IMG/VR virus record: IMGVR_UViG_3300005549_000002
Coordinates: 1 to 64,000 of that record
Direction: 5' to 3' (one strand)
Length of the DNA: 64,000 nucleotides
From: a virus
Made by a program: the position numbers and the translations under genes. The number at the start of each line of letters is the position of its first letter. Within the stretch, counting starts at the first letter, position 1. Below the pieces are notes generated by a model. That model worked only from the letters and a program-made list of their open reading frames with translations. It ran no database searches and had not been told where the DNA came from. Shown here piece by piece: positions 58,577 to 64,000 of this stretch.

Positions 58577-59502
58577 ACTTCGCCGTCGTGATCTACCACG
58601 AGCACTGCGTCGACGGTTTCACCGCCGCGTGGGTCGCGTGGTCGCAGCTCGGCGACGGGGCAGCGTACGTGCCCGCAAAATACGGGAGCAAGCCGCCCGA
58701 CGTCGCGGGCAAGGACGTACTCGTGCTCGACTTCAGCTACCCGCGCGAGGTGCTGCTCGACATGGCGGGCAAGGCGCGCACGCTGCGCGTCCTCGATCAC
58801 CACGCGAGCGCGCAACGCAACCTCGCCGGGCTCACCTTCTGCAAATTCGACATGGAGCGCAGCGGCGCGGGGCTCGCTTGGGACGAGCTCTGTCCCGACG
58901 CGCCGCGCCCGCTGCTCGTCAACCTCGTCGAGGATCGCGATCTCTGGCGCTTCAAACTGATGGACTCGAAAGCGCTGAGCGCGTGGATCAGCGTGCAGCC
59001 GCGCGAGTTCGAACGCTGGGACGAGCTCGAGGTAGAGCTCCTTGGCGACTATGCCGGCTGCGTCGCCAAGGGCAACGCGATCCTCGATCACATCGCGGCG
59101 TACATCGACGCGACGGCGAAGAACGCGCGCATGATGGACGTGCTCGATCACTACGTGCCGGTCGTCAACGCGCCCGGCATGATGGCGTCTGAGCTCGTCG
59201 GGCACCTCGCCGAGAATGCGGATTTTGCGGTGGGGTGGTTTCAGCGCGTCGACGGCCGCTACCAATATTCGCTGCGCTCGCGAGGCGACGTCGACGTCGC
59301 CGAGATTGCCGAGACGTTCGGCGGCGCGGGGCACCGGGGCGCGGCGGGTTTCGATTCCATCATGCCGCCCTCGTGGCTGTTCGACGACAAGCCGCGCGAG
59401 CGCGACACCGACAGACCGCCGGCGCAAGGCGAGGAGCCGCTCTCGCCCGAGTACATCGGAAAACTCGTCGGCGTCGACCGCGGCAGGGAGGGTGCGCCGT
59501 GA
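58573..59502 (+). CDS. DHH/DHHA1 phosphoesterase
   Basis: IYH..CVDG, LDFS, LDHH, DRDLW, SLRS and GGAGHRGAAG motifs. Confidence 0.85.
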   Translation: MNFAVVIYHEHCVDGFTAAWVAWSQLGDGAAYVPAKYGSKPPDVAGKDVLVLDFSYPREVLLDMAGKARTLRVLDHHASAQRNLAGLTFCKFDMERSGAGLAWDELCPDAPRPLLVNLVEDRDLWRFKLMDSKALSAWISVQPREFERWDELEVELLGDYAGCVAKGNAILDHIAAYIDATAKNARMMDVLDHYVPVVNAPGMMASELVGHLAENADFAVGWFQRVDGRYQYSLRSRGDVDVAEIAETFGGAGHRGAAGFDSIMPPSWLFDDKPRERDTDRPPAQGEEPLSPEYIGKLVGVDRGREGAP

Positions 59503-59629
59503 GCCCGTGGGTCTGGAAGTGCTGGCGGCTTGCATGGACGGAGTTCGGCGACATGCGGCAGGGCGAGATGAGCAGCGGCGGCGGCAACGTCTGGCGGCGC
59601 GTCGTTTTCGGCCTCTGGTGGAGGACGTC

Positions 59630-59983
59630 ATGAGGGTCATCTACATCGCGGGACCGTTTCGCGGCGCAAGCACGTGGGACATCGAGTGCAACGTACGGCG
59701 CGCGGAAGCGGTCGCGCTCGAAGTCGCCAAGCTCGGCGCGATGCCGCTCTGTCCGCACACCAACACGCGCTTTTTCCACGGGCAGCTCGACGACGCGTTC
59801 TGGCTCGGCGGCACGCTCGAGCTCATGCGCCGGTGCGATGCGTTGCTCCTGCTCCCCGACTGGGAGCGCTCGTCGGGCACGCGCGGCGAGAAGACGGCGG
59901 CGGAGGGCACCAGCATGCCCATCTTCTCGAGCCTCGGCGATCTCGAATGGTGGCTGAAGAACGACGGGAGGGAAGTCGGATGA
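59630..59983 (+). CDS. DUF4406/nucleoside deoxyribosyltransferase-like protein
   Basis: IYIAGPF, CPH, CDALLLLPDWERSSGTRGE. Confidence 0.75.
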   Translation: MRVIYIAGPFRGASTWDIECNVRRAEAVALEVAKLGAMPLCPHTNTRFFHGQLDDAFWLGGTLELMRRCDALLLLPDWERSSGTRGEKTAAEGTSMPIFSSLGDLEWWLKNDGREVG

Positions 59984-60219
59984 GCGCCAAATGCAATTCG
60001 TGCGATGCGCCCATCATCTGGGCGCTGACGGAGAACGGCAAGCGCATGCCCGTCGACGCCGAGCCCGTGCGCGATGGCAATATCGTGCTCGAGCACCATG
60101 GCCAACGCGTCACCGCCATCGTGCGCGACGCGATGCTGCCGGGCCTCGAGCCGCTCTACAAATCCCATTTCGCAACGTGCCCGAACGCGAGCACGCATCG
60201 AAGGACGACAGGAAAGTGA
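59980..60219 (+). CDS. Small zinc-binding phage protein
   Basis: CNSC..IIWALT..GKRMPVD...SHFATCP. Confidence 0.7.
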   Translation: MSAKCNSCDAPIIWALTENGKRMPVDAEPVRDGNIVLEHHGQRVTAIVRDAMLPGLEPLYKSHFATCPNASTHRRTTGK

Positions 60220-60589
60220 TGACAAGCGCCGAAACCTGGTTCGAGCTCGCCGAGCGCGAGTTCGAAAGCATCGTCGACGCCGAGGACGACGCGGCGAGGG
60301 CGGCGGTCGGCCATGCTCGATCTGCACGACGGCAACGGCTTCGCGTCGAAGCTCTCGCAGGAAACCGCCGAGGAATACCGCAAGAGCATGCGCATCGTGA
60401 AGGAGCTGCAGTGCATCGACGCGGCCGCGCAAGAGGAGCCGACAGCGCCACCGACGGGGCTCGCATGAACCCCGGGCTCCTGCTCGTTTGCACGTTCTTT
60501 GTCGCCGGCCCCCTCGTCGGCATCCTGCTCGCGCTGCTCGAGATCGCTGCCGAGCTCCGAATCCACAACAACAACCGACGGGGCGAGCC

Positions 60590-60802
60590 ATGAGCAAACG
60601 AAGCGAGGACACGGAGGTGCTCGAACAGATTCGCCGCAAGGGATGCCGCTGGCCACACTGCAGGCAAGAAGCGAAGGTCACCAGAGTTTCTGCGCTTGAC
60701 GCCTCCGACGGATTCTCGGTGCCCCTCTGCGTCGAGCATGCCGCTGAGGGCGATCGCCTCGGATATTGGGAACCGTACGAAACGGAGCCGAGGGAACCAT
60801 GA
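60590..60802 (+). CDS. Small Cys-containing hypothetical protein
   Basis: ATGA overlaps; CRWPHC...LCVEH. Confidence 0.5.
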   Translation: MSKRSEDTEVLEQIRRKGCRWPHCRQEAKVTRVSALDASDGFSVPLCVEHAAEGDRLGYWEPYETEPREP

Positions 60803-61428
60803 AAGACTGGACACGACCGCGGCAGACCAAGCTCGCGCTCATCCCGGGGCAGCGCGTCGACGACGACGACGCCACCATTCCGGCGCTCGGCGATTCGATG
60901 CCGATCGCGACGAGGGCGCCGCCGAACCCGCCGCAGGTCGTCTTCACCGTGCCGGGCGATCCCGTCCCGTGCTCGCGCCCGCGCGCGGTGCCGCTCATGC
61001 GCGACGGCAAGGCCGTCCTCGGGCCCGGCGGGCGGCCCATCATCACCGCCTTCACGCCGACGGAAACCCGTCACTACGAGCAGCACGTCCAGCGCCACGC
61101 GCGCGCGGCGTTCGAGCATTGCGACGACTGGCGGCGCGTCTACGCGAAGAAAGAGGCGGTGCGCATCCACATGCACATCGTCCGCCGGCACTGGCGCGGC
61201 GACTGGGACAACTTCGCGAAAGGCATCGCCGACGGCATTGCCAATAGCGGGCTCGTCTTCTTCAACGACAACCGGATCACCGAGGCGCTCATCTCGATGC
61301 GCACCGATCCGGACGACGAACCGCGCGTCGAGGTGAAGGTCGAGCGCGCGACCAAGGATCTGCGGATGCAATTGTGGATGCAAATCGCGCTCGAGAACGG
61401 CTGGACGCCGCCGGCGAGGCCCGCGTGA
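60799..61428 (+). CDS. rusA: RusA-like Holliday junction resolvase
   Basis: VPGDPVP..RPR, GDWDNFAKGIADG, NDNRI, PRVEV. Confidence 0.8.
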   Translation: MKDWTRPRQTKLALIPGQRVDDDDATIPALGDSMPIATRAPPNPPQVVFTVPGDPVPCSRPRAVPLMRDGKAVLGPGGRPIITAFTPTETRHYEQHVQRHARAAFEHCDDWRRVYAKKEAVRIHMHIVRRHWRGDWDNFAKGIADGIANSGLVFFNDNRITEALISMRTDPDDEPRVEVKVERATKDLRMQLWMQIALENGWTPPARPA

Positions 61429-61748
61429 TGGCGCTCTCCCCCTTTTCCATGCACAAGGCTCGCCAGCGCGCGCTCGACGCCGCGCTCGAAGCCAAGCGCG
61501 GGCTCGATGCGACCAGGTGGGTGGTCACCGTGGGCGTTTTCATCGGGCAGCTCGCGCGCGTCTGGAACGAGACGCTCACCGGCGCTCGCCTGGCGCTCTG
61601 CCTCGGCGTGCCCTTTTTTTCCTTGCTCGTGATGTCGAGCGCGCAAGCCATCTGGGCCCGGCGGGCGGCGCGGCGGATCGAAACGTACTGGCCGCTGCCG
61701 CCGCTGCCGAAGCTGCACCTCGGAGACGACGATGAGAACGACGAATGA
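61428..61748 (+). CDS. Two-TM membrane protein
   Basis: TGATG overlap; two hydrophobic stretches. Confidence 0.5.
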   Translation: MALSPFSMHKARQRALDAALEAKRGLDATRWVVTVGVFIGQLARVWNETLTGARLALCLGVPFFSLLVMSSAQAIWARRAARRIETYWPLPPLPKLHLGDDDENDE

Positions 61749-61980
61749 CATTTACGACAAGCTCGCCGCGCACATCAAGCACTGGCGCAAGATCAAGGGC
61801 AAGGGCTTTAACGCCAACCCGTTCGCCGAGCTGAACGAAAAGGTGCGCTGGCTCTGCTCGTACGCCGACGGACAGGAGAAAGTGCTGCTGCGATTCCTCT
61901 TGCGGCTCGAAACGATCGGATTGGAGCAGACGAAACGCGCGCTGAAACCACGCGCGACGAAAGGAAGGGGAGCGACGTAA
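61732..61980 (+). CDS. Hypothetical basic protein
   Basis: GGAG RBS; 82 aa; directly upstream of the RAMP-like gene. Confidence 0.55.
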   Translation: MRTTNDIYDKLAAHIKHWRKIKGKGFNANPFAELNEKVRWLCSYADGQEKVLLRFLLRLETIGLEQTKRALKPRATKGRGAT

Positions 61981-62019
61981 GCAGCACGCAAAACGGTAAC
62001 GGCAAGGAGGATAGGGACC

Positions 62020-62592
62020 ATGCAAAAGATAAAACTGCGACTGAACGGTGTGCGACCTCTCATGATGCACAACGGGCGACTCGCCGACCCGATGAACGAA
62101 TACGTGCGCGAGATGAAGAAGATTACCGGCAAGGGCAAAAAGAAAACGGACGATGACCTTCTCAAGCTGCGCTGGCTCGAATGGCGTGGTGGCCTCTACG
62201 TCGATGAGAAGGGTGCGCCGTGCATGCCCGGGGACAACATCCACGCAGCGCTGGTCGAGGGTGCGCGCAAGCAGCGCCTCGGCAAAGACGTCGATGCGGC
62301 GATCATGGTGGATGAGCCCGAGTTCCCGCTCAAGTACGAGGGAACGCGAGACGTGCAAAAGCTCTACGACGATCCGCGGTTCGTCGACGTGCGTGGCGCC
62401 GTCGTTGGCAAAGCGCGCATCATGCGAACGCGGCCGATCTTCCGGAATTGGTCCCTCGACATCGAGGTGAATTTCGACCCATCGCTCGTGAACGAGGCGC
62501 AGGTCATCGAGGCTGCACGCGCATGCGGAGAGCAGATCGGTCTCGGCGATAACACGCCGCGCTTTGGTCGCTTCTTGGTCGAGCAGATTTGA
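62020..62592 (+). CDS. Stand-alone RAMP/Cas7-like RNA-binding protein
   Basis: N-terminal strand KIKLRLNGVRPLMMH, CMPGDNIHAAL (cf. RAMP iPgss.kGal), strand WSLDIEVNF, C-terminal glycine-rich loop GEQIGLGDNTPRFGRFLV; AAGGAGG RBS. Confidence 0.7.
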   Translation: MQKIKLRLNGVRPLMMHNGRLADPMNEYVREMKKITGKGKKKTDDDLLKLRWLEWRGGLYVDEKGAPCMPGDNIHAALVEGARKQRLGKDVDAAIMVDEPEFPLKYEGTRDVQKLYDDPRFVDVRGAVVGKARIMRTRPIFRNWSLDIEVNFDPSLVNEAQVIEAARACGEQIGLGDNTPRFGRFLVEQI

Positions 62593-62596
62593 GCAT

Positions 62597-62997
62597 GGCG
62601 GTGCGTGGCGCGGCGATGCGTGTCATGGTCGGACCAGGTCGGGTCAGGCGACGCAAGGCATGGAGTTCTCGGCTATCGGAAGGTGGCCGTGAGCTCTGTG
62701 GTTGGGTTTGGCGTGGCGGTGCACGTCAAGGCGGGTCTCGGCAGGGCGCAGCATGGCAAGGAGCTGTCCGCGATCGAGAGATTGCGAACAGCACTGTTGG
62801 TGCGGTCGGGATGGGTCTGGTTGGGCAGGGCCAGGATGGGCATGTCCAGTCCCGTCATGGCTCGGTTTGGCAGGAGTTTGGCAAGGAGCGATCGCCCGTT
62901 CGAGAGGATGGGCGGTTGCACTATGGCGGTGCGTGGCCTGGCTCTGTTGGCCGTGGCGCGATCGGTCGCGGAAGGGCAGGGCGCGGCAAGTTGAGGA
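62597..62997 (+). ncRNA. Array of four GGY-NN pentamer tracts separated by GNRA hairpins
   Basis: Tracts 62597-62661, 62700-62759, 62799-62884, 62925-62989; hairpins 62663-62696, 62763-62792, 62888-62919. Confidence 0.85.
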
Positions 62998-63233
62998 GCT
63001 GTCAACAGTCGACGAGCCGAACTCGTGGTGAACGCGTGGGGACGTCTAAGCTCGGGCCTGACGACGTCCGCGCGGTACTCGGGCTCCACGATGTCGGCGC
63101 CATGCGCAAGGACATAGCTGAGCTGTTCGGAATAGCCGGCAAGTCCGTGGAGCGAATCGTCTATTTGGCGTCACGTGGAAGCACATCCACGAGGAGCGGA
63201 GCCGATGACCGCGAAGAAGCGCAAACCGAGTGA
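62991..63233 (+). CDS. Small HTH protein or remnant, like the C-terminal HTH of phage HNH nucleases
   Basis: RGERVGTSKLGPDDVRAV...KDIAELFGIAGKSVERIV; start codon uncertain (TTG 62991). Confidence 0.4.
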   Translation: MRSCQQSTSRTRGERVGTSKLGPDDVRAVLGLHDVGAMRKDIAELFGIAGKSVERIVYLASRGSTSTRSGADDREEAQTE

Positions 63234-63387
63234 GGTGGAGGTGGTTGCGATGGCGATGTGGGCGCAAGGCAACTGGCATCATATGGCCCCGCCGCAGATT
63301 GAATGGCGACAGCGGCCGCTGGGCACAAGGGCGATGTATCGCGGCTTCGCTCGCGCATTCCTCCGCGCACTGAGGGGGGCTACTTGA
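63205..63387 (+). CDS. Small hypothetical protein
   Basis: GGAG RBS; MTAKKRKPSEVEVVAMAMW. Confidence 0.5.
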   Translation: MTAKKRKPSEVEVVAMAMWAQGNWHHMAPPQIEWRQRPLGTRAMYRGFARAFLRALRGAT

Positions 63388-63406
63388 CCGCCGCCGAAAC
63401 CAGACG

Positions 63407-63547
63407 CGCGTTCGAGAGACTGCGGGCAGCGCCTGTGGTGTCGGTCGCTTGGCGGGGTTGGCTCTGGTCCGGCATGCTCGGGCATGTCCCGGCACGGCTC
63501 CGGCAGGTCCGGGCATGGCACGGCGTGGCAAGGCGAGGGCCTTCGCC
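63407..63547 (+). ncRNA. Fifth, detached GGY-NN unit
   Basis: GAGA-capped hairpin 63407-63424, 16 pentamers at 63451-63531 ending GGCAA, short hairpin 63532-63547. Confidence 0.75.
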
Positions 63548-63567
63548 GGCGTTGAAAGGAATCGACA

Positions 63568-64000
63568 ATGAACGAATCGGTCAAAGTAGCACTTGTTCAC
63601 CCGATAGACTTCGAGTCGATCCGAAAGGGCGACGCCATCGGGCAAGCACAGATCGAGATCATTTCGCAGGTGCGCTACTCGGAAGATCCCGAGCGGTATC
63701 GAATCGAGCAGATGCAACTGAAAGGACAGATTGAGCAGCATCGACCCGATCTCGCAGTGGTCATGTCACGGCGATGCCTGCGCGTGCTCACCGATCCGGA
63801 GCTCGTCGGCTATCGGCAAACACGTCAGGAGCGCGACGTTCGATCGCTGAAACGCAACGTTGCCCTCGGCGCTCGCGTCGACCGATCGCAGCTTGGTGAG
63901 ACCGAAGTGAGACGTGCCGATTGTCTCGACATGCACATCGCGGTGAGCGCCATCGAAGCGGATCGGAATCTGCGGGAGTCGAGAAAGAAGATTCGTGAAC
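63568..64000 (+). CDS. Hypothetical protein, candidate partner of the RAMP/array module (runs off the window)
   Basis: GAAAGGA RBS, ATG 63568, open for 144 codons: MNESVKVALVHPIDFESIRKGDAIG... Confidence 0.7.
   Translation, partial: MNESVKVALVHPIDFESIRKGDAIGQAQIEIISQVRYSEDPERYRIEQMQLKGQIEQHRPDLAVVMSRRCLRVLTDPELVGYRQTRQERDVRSLKRNVALGARVDRSQLGETEVRRADCLDMHIAVSAIEADRNLRESRKKIRE

Noticed and set aside
62589-62994. ORFs 62589-63233 (5' part), 62605-62994 and 62702-63031 over the array
   Set aside because: Gly/Arg/Trp-rich translations are a by-product of a stop-poor 5-nt periodic sequence; period 5 and conserved hairpins argue for RNA, not protein.
62597-62997. Canonical CRISPR array or simple microsatellite
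   Set aside because: No identical 25-45-bp direct repeats and no adaptation genes; NN positions vary while register is kept, unlike a slippage repeat. A G-quadruplex role is not excluded but does not explain the conserved Y or the hairpins.

Overview
The window is most of the genome of a high-GC temperate tailed phage with a contractile (Mu-like) tail. Gene content suggests a myxobacterial (Polyangiaceae/Sorangium-like) host; this is inference. Order: leftward early genes with a DUF932 protein and duplicated promoter-like repeats (1-1961); terminase, portal, head, neck, sheath, tube, chaperone, tape measure and baseplate (2010-27550); two large repetitive tail fibre/adhesin genes (27558-37240); a lysis region with a papain-like peptidase and an amidase endolysin (37739-41341); an aberrant tRNA-like gene (41599-41675); a leftward accessory operon; a large serine integrase with an intact attP-like inverted repeat (45049-46636); recombination genes; a lambda-like cI/cro switch with repeated operators; and replication genes. 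The most striking element is at the right end. A stand-alone 190-aa RAMP/Cas7-like gene (62020-62592) is followed directly by a non-coding array of strictly 5-nt-periodic GGY-NN tracts separated by GNRA-capped hairpins (62597-62997, plus a fifth unit at 63407-63547), then a possible partner gene. This looks like a non-CRISPR RNA-guided system whose information lies in the variable dinucleotides. All product calls come from motifs and synteny read by eye; no database searches were run.
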